NCBI GenBank assembly: GCA_900547955.1
Contig: URIR01000001.1
Span: forward strand, 6,146-70,145
Length of the DNA stretch: 64,000 nt
From: an uncultured Eubacteriales bacterium
Lineage (GTDB): Bacteria; Bacillota; Clostridia; Christensenellales; QALW01
Reading direction: 5' to 3'
Shown here in pieces: positions 18,071 to 27,583 of this stretch (positions are counted from its first letter, which is position 1; each line of letters begins with the position of its first letter). Made by a program: the position numbers and the translations under genes. The notes beneath the pieces are model-generated. The model saw only the letters and a program-made list of their open reading frames with translations, made no database searches and was not told the DNA's origin.

Positions 18071-19060
18071 TTAAAGCAGGGTTATTCCTTGCTTTAAGCA
18101 TTGAGCTATATGTTCCTTAGGCCAAATTGAGGCCTGGACCTCGCCTATATGATGCTTGCGGAGCATAAACATGCACAGCCGCGACTGGCCTATTCCTCCG
18201 CCTATTGTAAGAGGCAGGGCCCCTTTTAATATTTCCTGATGATAGGGCAGATTCAGTCTTTGATTCAGCCCCGAGGCTTCCAATTGCTTTTTAAGGGAAG
18301 GCGCGTCCACTCTTATTCCCATGCTGGAAAGCTCGAAGGGAATATCCAGCTCGGGGTAATATAGGATGATATCCCCGTTAAGGGACCAGTCGTCATAATC
18401 GGGCGCGCGTCCGTCATGCCGCGTTCCTGAACGAAGGAGACCGCCTATCTGCGATATAAATACCGCCCCGTATTTTTTGGCCGCCTGATATTCTCGTTGC
18501 TTGGGGCTTAGATTGGGAAAAGCGTCCTCTAATTCCTGCGAGGATATGAATTCAATTTTTTCAGGCAGTACGTTCTCTCCCAGCGATGGAAAATTGGAGA
18601 GCACATACTGCTCGGCGCTGATTAAGGTTTGGTAAATATCGCATACCGTCTGCTTTAAATATTCAAAATTGCGCTCCTGCGGAAGAATTATTTTTTCCCA
18701 GTCGTATTGGTCTACATATATAGAATGCAGGCAGTCGCAGCTTTCATCCCGCCTGATTGCGTTCATATCGGTATATAAGCCCTCTCCGGGTTCAAATTGA
18801 TACCTGGCCAGCGCGTATCTCTTCCATTTGGCTAGTGAATGCACGATTTCCGCAACGCAGCCGGTTTCCTTTATATCAAAGGATACGGGGCGCTCGCAGC
18901 CGTTTAGATTATCGTTAAGGCCTGTTTCGGGCAACAAAAAAAGAGGCGCCGAAACCCTTTGAAGCTTTAATTTGAGAGATAAAGCCCTTTCAAAGAAATC
19001 CTTAAGCGCCTTTATTGCGGTTTCGGTTTCCCGCAGATTCAGTTTTGATTGATAACTCAT
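18071..19060 (-). CDS. asnA: Aspartate--ammonia ligase (asparagine synthetase A)
   Basis: The N-terminus ...TETAIKALKDFFERALSLKLKLQRVSAPLF and class-II aaRS-like motifs are typical of AsnA. 329 aa. Confidence 0.9.
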   Translation of the reverse strand: MSYQSKLNLRETETAIKALKDFFERALSLKLKLQRVSAPLFLLPETGLNDNLNGCERPVSFDIKETGCVAEIVHSLAKWKRYALARYQFEPGEGLYTDMNAIRRDESCDCLHSIYVDQYDWEKIILPQERNFEYLKQTVCDIYQTLISAEQYVLSNFPSLGENVLPEKIEFISSQELEDAFPNLSPKQREYQAAKKYGAVFISQIGGLLRSGTRHDGRAPDYDDWSLNGDIILYYPELDIPFELSSMGIRVDAPSLKKQLEASGLNQRLNLPYHQEILKGALPLTIGGGIGQSRLCMFMLRKHHIGEVQASIWPKEHIAQCLKQGITLL

Positions 19061-19215
19061 TATATCCGCCGCCTGTTGATAAAATCATTAAAAAAGAGTG
19101 TTTTATCCATATGCGTCGCCGCACATGAAACACCCTGAGCTTTTTATAGGTTGTATTCCATATATAACGGCCGGCACTTATTCATGCTGTAATACGCCGT
19201 AAAAAACACTTTAAT

Positions 19216-19244
19216 ATAATACTCTAAAGCGCCGCCGCTGTCAA
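19216..19244 (-). promoter_or_regulatory. Candidate sigma-A promoter of asnA (TTGACA, 17 nt spacer, TATTAT)
   Basis: Read on the minus strand, about 155 nt upstream of the asnA start. Confidence 0.45.
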
Positions 19245-19654
19245 TCAAAATATAATTTTGGCGCATTTTTTGCGCGCATAATTAAGATGCTGGCCATAGA
19301 TTTAATAAACTGCATTAATTTATGCCGCTTATGCTTGGATGGAGTCGGGCGGCTCAGGGAGTGAAAAATATTTTTGCAGGATAAAGCGGAACTCCGAATA
19401 GACCGAGAGCCATGACTGAAGCTATTTCTGCAATTAATGTCATTTGGAGTATTGATTTTTTATTTTGGCCATTGTATAATACAACTTACGGGCAATTTTA
19501 TGCGGAAGGAGCGCAGGAGGAGAAAATATGCTTTACTTCTGCGTGCATTTTGGCATTCCCCTATAAAGGCCATAATTAAAATGGCTTTAACGAGGAGCGC
19601 ACTTCACAATAATTTTTGAATATTCTATTGCGTTTAAGGAGAAGCATTTAAATA

Positions 19655-22009
19655 ATGGGCGGTATTGAAAAAAATTCTCTTCCGGGCTATATAAAGCGCA
19701 TTGCTGCGGAGCAGGGAATAGACGTTGGCGGCATAATAGCCTTTGGACGGGGAGATCTTAACGCGCAGTGCGGCTTTAAGGATACGTATATTCTGGCTGA
19801 TAAGGAGGCTTTGCATATCCTTTATATGCATTGCGCGCCGTCAGTACGCGTTTTCGGCGGTTACTTTGACTCAAAGAAGAGAAGAGGCCACTTTATGCAG
19901 CAGAAAGAGGCGGAGCGCACTCTGGAAAAATATTTAAAATTTCCCTATGAAAGCGTAGAGGAACTTAAAATGGAGAACAGGCTTTCAGGCGGGGAAATTA
20001 TATTGCGTTCGGGCGGCCTGGAGAGCTTTGTCTGCGCCTTTTCGGGCGGATATATGCGGGAGAATATGCGCTTTAAGCATATTGTGGATAAGCTTATAAA
20101 AAAAGAGGAGCTGAATTCAGAAGATATTAAGGAAGCGGAAATGGAAAGACGCTGCCCTAAATGCGGCATGCTTTATCCAGAGACGGATAGGGCCGTATGT
20201 CCCCGCTGCATGGATAAAAAATCTCTGTTTCTGCGCATGCTGGGTTACTTTAAGCCGTATAAGCTGCGTATAGCTCTGTTTTTTATCTGCGTGGTGCTGG
20301 AAACGGTTATGAATCTGTTCGTGCCTCTTTTAAGCGGTACGGTGTTTTATGATATAGTGAGCCGGAACGAGGAGACGCTGTCATCCCTTGGGCTGCCTGC
20401 GGGCGCGTTTGTTTTGGCGGTGGTGATTATTTCTCTAACGATATTGCTTTCGCGCATTCTTCAGGCGGGCTTTACTATTATAAAAGGCAGGATAGTCGGG
20501 CACATAGTGCCCCTTGCGGTATATGACATAAAAACAGGGCTGTATAATTCCGTGCAGCGTCTTTCGGTCGGGTTTTTTGCCAAGAGACAGACGGGCGCCT
20601 TAATGACCAGGATAAGCGAGGACGCAAACGAGGTCATGAGCTTTTTTATAGACGGCCTGCCTTATATGTTTACAAATATGCTTTTTATAATCTCCAGCAT
20701 AGCTATAATGCTTTCAATGAGCGTGAGACTTACTTTGCTTTCGGTTATGACCTTGCCCCTGCTGTTTTTTGTAAGCTTTAAAATGCAGCCGGTATTATGG
20801 AGATATAACGGCAGACGGCATAGAAGCAGACGGGCGCTTTATTCGCTTATGAACGATAACCTTACGGGGGCCAGGGTGGTAAAAGCCTTTGGGCGGGAGC
20901 AGGCGGAAAACCAACGCTTTTACAGAGTGAGCAAAAGGGTGCGCAGGGCCGAGATGGATTTGGTAAATTACGACAACCTGTTTTATATGGTATATGCCGG
21001 AGTGGAGCAGTTCGCTATAGTTTCGGTATGGCTTTTCGGCGTGGGCATGGTGCTGGGAGACAGCCCTTTAATTGATTACGGCGTACTGGTAACGTTTATA
21101 AGCTATGTTACCTCCCTGGCCGAGCGGCTGGACTTCTTTTCATATATATTCCGCTGGTGGGCCGCGAGCATGAACAGCGCTCAGCGTATATTTGAAATAT
21201 TGGACGCTTCGCCCGAGGTGGTTCAGAGCGCCCAGCCTAAGCGTCTGCCTGAGGTTAAAGGAGAGGTAGAGCTTAAAAACGTCAGCTTCAGCTATGAGCC
21301 TAACAAGCCGGTCTTAAGCGGCGTCAGCTTTAAAGCCAGCCCGGGCCGCATGCTGGGAATTGTAGGACATTCGGGCGCCGGCAAGAGCACCATTGTTAAT
21401 CTTATTTCCCGCCTTTACGACGCGCAGGAGGGCGAGGTGCTTTTAGACGGAGTGAACGTTAAGGAGCTTTCCTTTGAACAGCTTCATAAAACCATTGCCC
21501 TAGTTTCTCAGGAGACGTATATTTTTCGCGGCACAGTAGCGGAAAACATAGCTTACGCCTGTCCCGGGGCTGCTCCGGAGCAGATAATAGAGGCGGCTGT
21601 AGCGGGCAGCGCGCACGATTTTATCATGAAGCTGCCAGACGGCTATAATACCGTTATAGGCGGAGGGGGACGCAGTCTCTCGGGCGGAGAGAGACAACGC
21701 ATTTCCATTGCGCGCGCTATTTTGGCCAACCCGAAAATTTTGATTCTGGACGAGGCTACCGCGAGTTTGGATACGCAGACCGAGCGCAGGATTCAGGCCG
21801 CTATAGACGCCTTGGTAAAGGGGCGCACTACCATAGCCATAGCGCACCGGCTTTCCACACTACGCAATGCCGACAATTTAATAGTTATAGAAAACGGGCG
21901 GGTAACCGAGCAGGGCACGCATGTGGAGCTGGCTCGCAGAAAAGGCACGTATTATAAGCTTTTGCAGCTTCAAAGCAAGGCGCTCGCATTAAGAGGGATA
22001 GGAGAATAA
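19655..22009 (+). CDS. ABC exporter half-transporter (TMD-NBD) with a ~190-aa N-terminal cytosolic extension ending in a Cys4 zinc ribbon
   Basis: CPKCGMLYPETDRAVCPRC precedes TM1. The NBD carries GHSGAGKST, LSGGERQR and ILILDEATS. Confidence 0.9.
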   Translation: MGGIEKNSLPGYIKRIAAEQGIDVGGIIAFGRGDLNAQCGFKDTYILADKEALHILYMHCAPSVRVFGGYFDSKKRRGHFMQQKEAERTLEKYLKFPYESVEELKMENRLSGGEIILRSGGLESFVCAFSGGYMRENMRFKHIVDKLIKKEELNSEDIKEAEMERRCPKCGMLYPETDRAVCPRCMDKKSLFLRMLGYFKPYKLRIALFFICVVLETVMNLFVPLLSGTVFYDIVSRNEETLSSLGLPAGAFVLAVVIISLTILLSRILQAGFTIIKGRIVGHIVPLAVYDIKTGLYNSVQRLSVGFFAKRQTGALMTRISEDANEVMSFFIDGLPYMFTNMLFIISSIAIMLSMSVRLTLLSVMTLPLLFFVSFKMQPVLWRYNGRRHRSRRALYSLMNDNLTGARVVKAFGREQAENQRFYRVSKRVRRAEMDLVNYDNLFYMVYAGVEQFAIVSVWLFGVGMVLGDSPLIDYGVLVTFISYVTSLAERLDFFSYIFRWWAASMNSAQRIFEILDASPEVVQSAQPKRLPEVKGEVELKNVSFSYEPNKPVLSGVSFKASPGRMLGIVGHSGAGKSTIVNLISRLYDAQEGEVLLDGVNVKELSFEQLHKTIALVSQETYIFRGTVAENIAYACPGAAPEQIIEAAVAGSAHDFIMKLPDGYNTVIGGGGRSLSGGERQRISIARAILANPKILILDEATASLDTQTERRIQAAIDALVKGRTTIAIAHRLSTLRNADNLIVIENGRVTEQGTHVELARRKGTYYKLLQLQSKALALRGIGE

Positions 22010-22011
22010 GC

Positions 22012-22560
22012 ATGGAAGAAAAGAATGATATAATTCAAGGCCAGCTTAAGGCTGTGGACGAAATGTTTACCATAAATTATATAACGGGCGATAACGCCGT
22101 ATTTGAACGGACATCGGGCGGGTTTTTAGCCATGCGCTTTAACGGAGAATATTATTCGCGCGTTCAGCCTTATAGGGCTTTTCCTTTTACCGACCCGGAA
22201 AAATATATTTCTATAAGGTCGGGCAACGGCAATGAGAGCAGGGAGGTAGGGATTATTAAAACGCTGGCCGAAATGCCTGAAAAATACCGCAGCCTGATAG
22301 AGGAACAACTGGAATTAAGATATTTTATGCCCGAGATAATAAGAATACATAGCATACGCGAGGAATACGGCTATTCCTATTGGGATGTTACTACCGACCG
22401 CGGCGAATGCCGCTTTACGACAAATATGAGCGCGGGCACGGCGGTATCCCTTTCGGAGATTAGGATGATTATTAAGGATGTGGACGATAATCGCTTTGAA
22501 ATAAAGGATATAGGCAAATTAAGCGCGTCCGAATTAAAAATGCTTGATATATATTTATAG
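22012..22560 (+). CDS. DUF1854-like protein located between the two ABC genes
   Basis: 182 aa, starting 2 nt after the upstream stop. The sandwiched position and the sequence (..RVQPYRAFPFTDPEKYISIR...VGIIKTL..) fit my memory of DUF1854. Confidence 0.65.
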   Translation: MEEKNDIIQGQLKAVDEMFTINYITGDNAVFERTSGGFLAMRFNGEYYSRVQPYRAFPFTDPEKYISIRSGNGNESREVGIIKTLAEMPEKYRSLIEEQLELRYFMPEIIRIHSIREEYGYSYWDVTTDRGECRFTTNMSAGTAVSLSEIRMIIKDVDDNRFEIKDIGKLSASELKMLDIYL

Positions 22561-22572
22561 GAGAGTATATTT

Positions 22573-24756
22573 ATGAATTTATGCGTGCAGCCGCCTGCGG
22601 AACAGCGCGAACTTATCAACAGGCTGCTTGAAGGAGAAAAAATATGCTATTGCGCTCCTTTTGATCTTTCGCCTAACGGTGAAATTATAAAGAATGCGTT
22701 TGTAAGCGTGAGCCGCAGCAGGCTGGCTGTGACCGGGCCGGGAATTGAAAGGGTTTATTCTTTGAAGCAGTTTGAGCGGATAGAATGCCAAATGCTGATA
22801 AATAACGCGGTGCTTGTGGGTTATATTAATGGGCAGGAAAAGCTTTTAGCACGCTTCAGAACGGTAAACGCGCTGAAATTTTCCTATATTGCGCGTGGAG
22901 CAAGCCTGTTTATTAAGGGCGACGAGCGGATTATAACCAGCAGGGAAAGAGAAAGAGTATGCCCTAAATGCGGGCGCGGTATGCACGGTGCAAATTATTG
23001 CGCTCATTGCGAGGGGCGAGGGCGAACCTTCAGGCGGGTTTTATCTATGGCTAAGCCTCACATTATGGATTTAACGCTGGTTTCCATTATAATGCTTGTG
23101 ATAACCGGTATAAATGTGGGGGCGCGCTTCGCTGAAAAGGGACTGGTAGACGAGGTTATAATGGTGAACGGCCCGCTTGCCGAGGCATATAAATATATTT
23201 TTATCATGATAATCCTAACTGCTATGGTGATAGTTTGCTACGTCCTGCGCAATTATCTCAGCGCCCGCTTGGGCACCAGCATAAGCATGGATATGCGCAG
23301 AAGGCTTTATGAAAAGATACAGGCTCTGTCCATAGGCTATATTTCGGGCGAACGGCCGGGCGCTTTAATGAACAGGATGACGCAGGATACGCAGCAGATA
23401 AGACGCTTTATGGAAAATACATTTGCTCAGATGTTTAATCAGATTTTGACAATGCTGGGCAGCATAATAGTTATGTTTATTTTGGACTGGCGGCTTTCTC
23501 TTATGATTTTGGCGCTGATGCCTGCAATAATACTTTTTACCGCTTATTTCAGGCGCATATTTAAAATATTTCATAAGCAGTGGATAGCCAGCGACGAAGT
23601 AAACAGCCAGCTTCAGGACGTGCTTTCGGGAATAAGGGTGGTTAAGGCATTTGGAACAGAGGAAAGGGAAACCTTAAAATTTGCGGCTGGAAACGCAAAG
23701 GTTGCGCATATTACTCAGCGCGCTGAGAAGCTTTGGGCGACGCTTAACCCTATTTTCGAGCTCATTTTCGGATTGTCTACCGTTCTGGTTATACTTTACG
23801 GCGGAATAAATGTGCTTAACGGCGGTTTTACAATGGGCGAAATAACCATGTTTACCTTTTACAGCGCTGCGCTTTACGGCTGCATGCGCTGGCTGGGCAA
23901 TATGCCCAGGATGGTTATAAGCACACTAATATCCATAGACCGAATCTACAGCGTGCTGGATGAGGAGGAAACTATAACCAGCCGTGAAAACGCGGTAGTC
24001 AGGCGGATTGAAGGCAGAGTAAGCATCAGGGACGTATATTTTGGATATAACGCTTATGAAAGCGTGCTGGAAGGAATAAGCCTTGAAATTAAGCCAGGAG
24101 AGATGATAGGACTTGTAGGAGCTTCGGGCACGGGTAAATCTACTCTTATAAATCTTATTATGCGTATGTACGACGTGGACGCTGGAGAAATAGATATTGA
24201 CGGAATAGATATAAGAAATTATGACAAGGAATGTTTGCATAGGCAGATAGGCGTAGTATTGCAGGAGCCGTTCCTTTTTTCGGGCAGCGTGCTGGATAAT
24301 ATAAGATATTCCAAGCCTGAGGCGGGATATGAGGAAGTAATAAGGGCGGCTAAGCTGGCTAACGCGCATGATTTTGTTATAAAATTCCCAGATGGATATG
24401 ATACTAAGGTGGGAGAAAACGGTCATAATCTTTCGGGCGGGGAAAGACAGAGAATAGCCATAGCGCGGGCTATACTCTGCGACCCCAAAATACTTATTCT
24501 GGACGAAGCGACAAGCAGCTTGGATACGGAGACCGAATATCAGATACAAGAAGCTCTTGCACGGCTTATCAAGGGGCGCACTACTATTGCGATAGCTCAT
24601 AGGCTTTCCACTTTGCGCGGCGCAGATAGAATTATGGTCATAGATAAGAAAAAACGAGCGGAGCTGGGAACGCATGACGAACTGCTCCGTCAAAAGGGGA
24701 TATATTATAATTTAGTTATGGCGCAGCTTCAGATGGGGAGGCTGGACGGCGGTTGA
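22573..24756 (+). CDS. ABC exporter half-transporter (TMD-NBD) with an N-terminal extension and zinc ribbon
   Basis: CPKCGRGMHGANYCAHC precedes TM1. The NBD carries GASGTGKST, LSGGERQR and ILILDEATS. Confidence 0.9.
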   Translation: MNLCVQPPAEQRELINRLLEGEKICYCAPFDLSPNGEIIKNAFVSVSRSRLAVTGPGIERVYSLKQFERIECQMLINNAVLVGYINGQEKLLARFRTVNALKFSYIARGASLFIKGDERIITSRERERVCPKCGRGMHGANYCAHCEGRGRTFRRVLSMAKPHIMDLTLVSIIMLVITGINVGARFAEKGLVDEVIMVNGPLAEAYKYIFIMIILTAMVIVCYVLRNYLSARLGTSISMDMRRRLYEKIQALSIGYISGERPGALMNRMTQDTQQIRRFMENTFAQMFNQILTMLGSIIVMFILDWRLSLMILALMPAIILFTAYFRRIFKIFHKQWIASDEVNSQLQDVLSGIRVVKAFGTEERETLKFAAGNAKVAHITQRAEKLWATLNPIFELIFGLSTVLVILYGGINVLNGGFTMGEITMFTFYSAALYGCMRWLGNMPRMVISTLISIDRIYSVLDEEETITSRENAVVRRIEGRVSIRDVYFGYNAYESVLEGISLEIKPGEMIGLVGASGTGKSTLINLIMRMYDVDAGEIDIDGIDIRNYDKECLHRQIGVVLQEPFLFSGSVLDNIRYSKPEAGYEEVIRAAKLANAHDFVIKFPDGYDTKVGENGHNLSGGERQRIAIARAILCDPKILILDEATSSLDTETEYQIQEALARLIKGRTTIAIAHRLSTLRGADRIMVIDKKKRAELGTHDELLRQKGIYYNLVMAQLQMGRLDGG

Positions 24757-24857
24757 ATTGTTTACATAAAGTTTATTTTTTATAAATTGACTCCAGGCGC
24801 GTAATATTATAAAATTCTCTAGTATATAATATAACAAATGCGGCGGTGTTGATATAC

Positions 24858-25550
24858 ATGAAAAAACTGGCTGTACTTTTAACTGTTGTGCTTATAGTAC
24901 CGTTTTTCTCTTCATGCGGCGAGCCGGCAGAGAAAGAAACGGCTTGGCCTTCGGTAGGGCCGGATTATTCAAACAGAGCTATTGCAAATTTTGACGGTGA
25001 ATATGAGGAGGCAAATAATATGCAGCATCCTGTGGCGTTTATCACTATGGAATCGGGCGCGGTGATAAAAGCGGAGCTTTATCTTGAAAAGGCGCCGGAA
25101 ACGGTTAATAATTTCATATATTTAGCTAATCAGAAGCAATTTTATGACGGGCTTATTTTTCATAGAGTAATAAGGGATTTTATGATACAGGGCGGATGTC
25201 CTGAAGGTACTGGCAAGGGCGGCCCTGGCTATACCATTAAGGGAGAGTTTGCGGCTAACGGCTTTACGCAGAACAATATAGCTCATGTGCCCGGCGTGCT
25301 GTCCATGGCCAGGCTGGCGTTTCCCTATGACAGCGCCGGTTCGCAGTTTTTTATATGCGTGGAAGATTGTCCGCATTTGAACGGGCAGTACGCTGCGTTT
25401 GGCATGGTGGTAGAAGGTATGGAGACAGTTTATGAAATAAGCGAGACTCCTACGGGCGTGCTGGATAAGCCACAGGAGCCGCAGGTTATAAGGAGCGTGC
25501 GCGTGGATACGCGGGGTGTGGATTATCCTATCCCGGAGGGAGCCAAATAA
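24858..25550 (+). CDS. Cyclophilin-type peptidyl-prolyl isomerase lipoprotein
   Basis: Signal peptide with lipobox FFSSC, FHRVIRDFMIQGG, and SMARLAFPYDSAGSQFFI. Confidence 0.9.
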   Translation: MKKLAVLLTVVLIVPFFSSCGEPAEKETAWPSVGPDYSNRAIANFDGEYEEANNMQHPVAFITMESGAVIKAELYLEKAPETVNNFIYLANQKQFYDGLIFHRVIRDFMIQGGCPEGTGKGGPGYTIKGEFAANGFTQNNIAHVPGVLSMARLAFPYDSAGSQFFICVEDCPHLNGQYAAFGMVVEGMETVYEISETPTGVLDKPQEPQVIRSVRVDTRGVDYPIPEGAK

Positions 25551-25557
25551 GCTTTAT

Positions 25558-25831
25558 ACCCTCAGTTTACAAAAAAAGACGGTCAGAAGGCATAAAATTT
25601 GCGTCCTGCTGCGCTGCTTTGATTCCATGTACGCCCGGTACATGTCGTTCAAGCGCCTTGCATGACGCAGATTTTATGCCTTCCGACTCTGGAGACCTCA
25701 AGGAAAAAGAATTTCTTCATTTTCAAGGCAGACGAAGAAAGCGTTACTTATGAGTACGCTGATTGAGGATAACGCAGAAAATGAAGAAATTATCCCGTTT
25801 TGAGGCGTGTAGTTCCTTGTAAACTGAGGGT
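25558..25831 (+). repeat. MITE-like repeat, copy 1 (274 bp; strand label arbitrary)
   Basis: Terminal inverted repeats ACCCTCAGTTTACAA... / ...TTGTAAACTGAGGGT. Near-identical to 33030..33300 and 51303..51579 in inverse orientation. Confidence 0.8.
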
Positions 25832-26295
25832 GGGCTGAGATTAAATAATTATGTTTCGGAGGGAAGCGCGGCTTGGTTTGCGCTTCTCTTTTCTATTATC
25901 TGCGCTTTTTAATAAGGGATTCCGCTATTTTGATGCTGGGATAGAGACTTAAACCTCTCCTCTTCCGCTCCAAAAACGTCGCTTTTACCGGCTTTTTATT
26001 GCTGCAGCCTCTTTTGCTATTAACGTAAATTGATGCGATGCTTAAGCTTGTAAACTGCGTTATTGCGAAATTTGTTATTCTGATATTTTCATGAACGAAT
26101 ATGTTTTTGAATAATTAGTCGTTAAGTTTCATTCTAAGCTTGTCAATTTCACAATTTTTAAGTATAATTATTTTCCTTTTGATACTGCCTGCTTTGATTT
26201 TTGGCGATAGGAATAATGCTGACGGCAGGCGAGCAAATATATTCGGAGTATGGATTTAGCGTTAAAGAAATTATATAAATTATAGAGGGATGGAT

Positions 26296-27576
26296 ATGAA
26301 AATTTTAGGTATAGATATTGGGACTACTAGTATATCATTTGCGGTTTTTGAGGATAGGGAATGTCTGGCGAGTTATACTTTAAAAAATAATTCGGCATTG
26401 CCTGGAAGCGATAATATAAGACAGGACGCCGATAAAATTTTGGATATAATAGAAACTCAGCTTTGCGGCATAAGCCGCGAACATCCCAATATAGAGCGGC
26501 TGGGCCTGACGGGGCAGATGCATGGCATATTATACCTGGATAAGGCTGGGCGCGCTGTCAGCCCGCTGTATACATGGCAGGATAACAGCGCGTGCGAGCC
26601 GTATAAAGACACTACATACACGGGTTTTATTGAGCGGACTGTGGGTAGAAGCATTTATGGAGGCTATGGGCTGGCGACGCATTTTTATCATAAGCTTAAC
26701 GGGATGGTACCTGCAAACGCTTCCTGCCTATGTACCATATCGGATTATGCGGCTATGAAATTAGCGGGGATAAGCCGTCCGTATATGCATATTTCCAATG
26801 CGGCTTCATTAGGTTTGTATAATTTAAAAAGCAACAGCTATGATTTTGAGGCTATTTCAAGGCTGGAACTAAACGAGGCTTTGCTGCCTGACATTATAAA
26901 CCAAGCGAAAATATTGGGAGAAAACAACGGTAGGGGCGTATGCGTTGGCCTGGGGGACAATCAGGCCAGTTTTATTGGATGCGTTCGGGACGGGCAGAAG
27001 GAAATACTTTTGAATGTGGGGACAGGCTCGCAGATATCATGTATGAGCGGCAGCATATATCAGGACAGCGAAATTGAAACCAGGCCGCTGGACGGAAATC
27101 AATATCTGCTTGTCGCTTCAGCGCTTTGCGGTGGGCGAGCTTATGCAATGCTTGAAAGATTTTTTGAAGAGGTTCTGGCTATGGGCGGAGTTAAGCCCCG
27201 GACGCTTTATATGGAGATGGAGAGGGCGGCTAGAAATAGTCGGACCGCAGGCTTAAAGACAGATACGTGTTTTTGTGGAAAACGAGGCGAAAAACAGGCT
27301 TTAGGCAGCATAAAAAATATAAGTGAGGGAAATTTTACTCCCGGAGCGCTTGTTGAAAGCTTTTTAAGGGGTATGGCGGAAGAATTGCTGCCTGCTTATA
27401 CAAAATATTGCGCTTTGGGCGACTATAAATTGCTGCGTGCGTCGGGTAACGCCGTGCGCAATAATGGTTATTTCAGAGAACTAATAGAGGAAATTTATCA
27501 GATGCCTCTGGAATTGGCTTCGGCAAGGGAGGAAGCGGCTTTCGGCGCGGCGCTTTTTGCTGCCGGGGCTGAATAA
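26296..27576 (+). CDS. FGGY-family carbohydrate kinase
   Basis: MKILGIDIGTTSISFAVF N-terminus, GQMHG and GLGDNQASFIG motifs. Confidence 0.8.
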   Translation: MKILGIDIGTTSISFAVFEDRECLASYTLKNNSALPGSDNIRQDADKILDIIETQLCGISREHPNIERLGLTGQMHGILYLDKAGRAVSPLYTWQDNSACEPYKDTTYTGFIERTVGRSIYGGYGLATHFYHKLNGMVPANASCLCTISDYAAMKLAGISRPYMHISNAASLGLYNLKSNSYDFEAISRLELNEALLPDIINQAKILGENNGRGVCVGLGDNQASFIGCVRDGQKEILLNVGTGSQISCMSGSIYQDSEIETRPLDGNQYLLVASALCGGRAYAMLERFFEEVLAMGGVKPRTLYMEMERAARNSRTAGLKTDTCFCGKRGEKQALGSIKNISEGNFTPGALVESFLRGMAEELLPAYTKYCALGDYKLLRASGNAVRNNGYFRELIEEIYQMPLELASAREEAAFGAALFAAGAE

Positions 27577-27583
27577 TGGTTAA

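Noticed and set aside
19061-19215. T-box riboswitch upstream of asnA
   Set aside because: The conserved T-box sequence and the Stem I features (AGAGA / GA motif, distal loops) are not recognisable, and the leader is short. It is kept only as a generic attenuator candidate.
23926-24693. 255-aa minus-strand ORF. Similar antisense ORFs occur at 30384..31034, 61886..62545, 29318..29830, 36347..36748 and 50537..51091.
   Set aside because: All are antisense to well-supported genes (ABC transporter, aminopeptidase, glucan synthase-like gene, GT2, aspartate kinase, amt). They have no RBS and no recognisable motifs.
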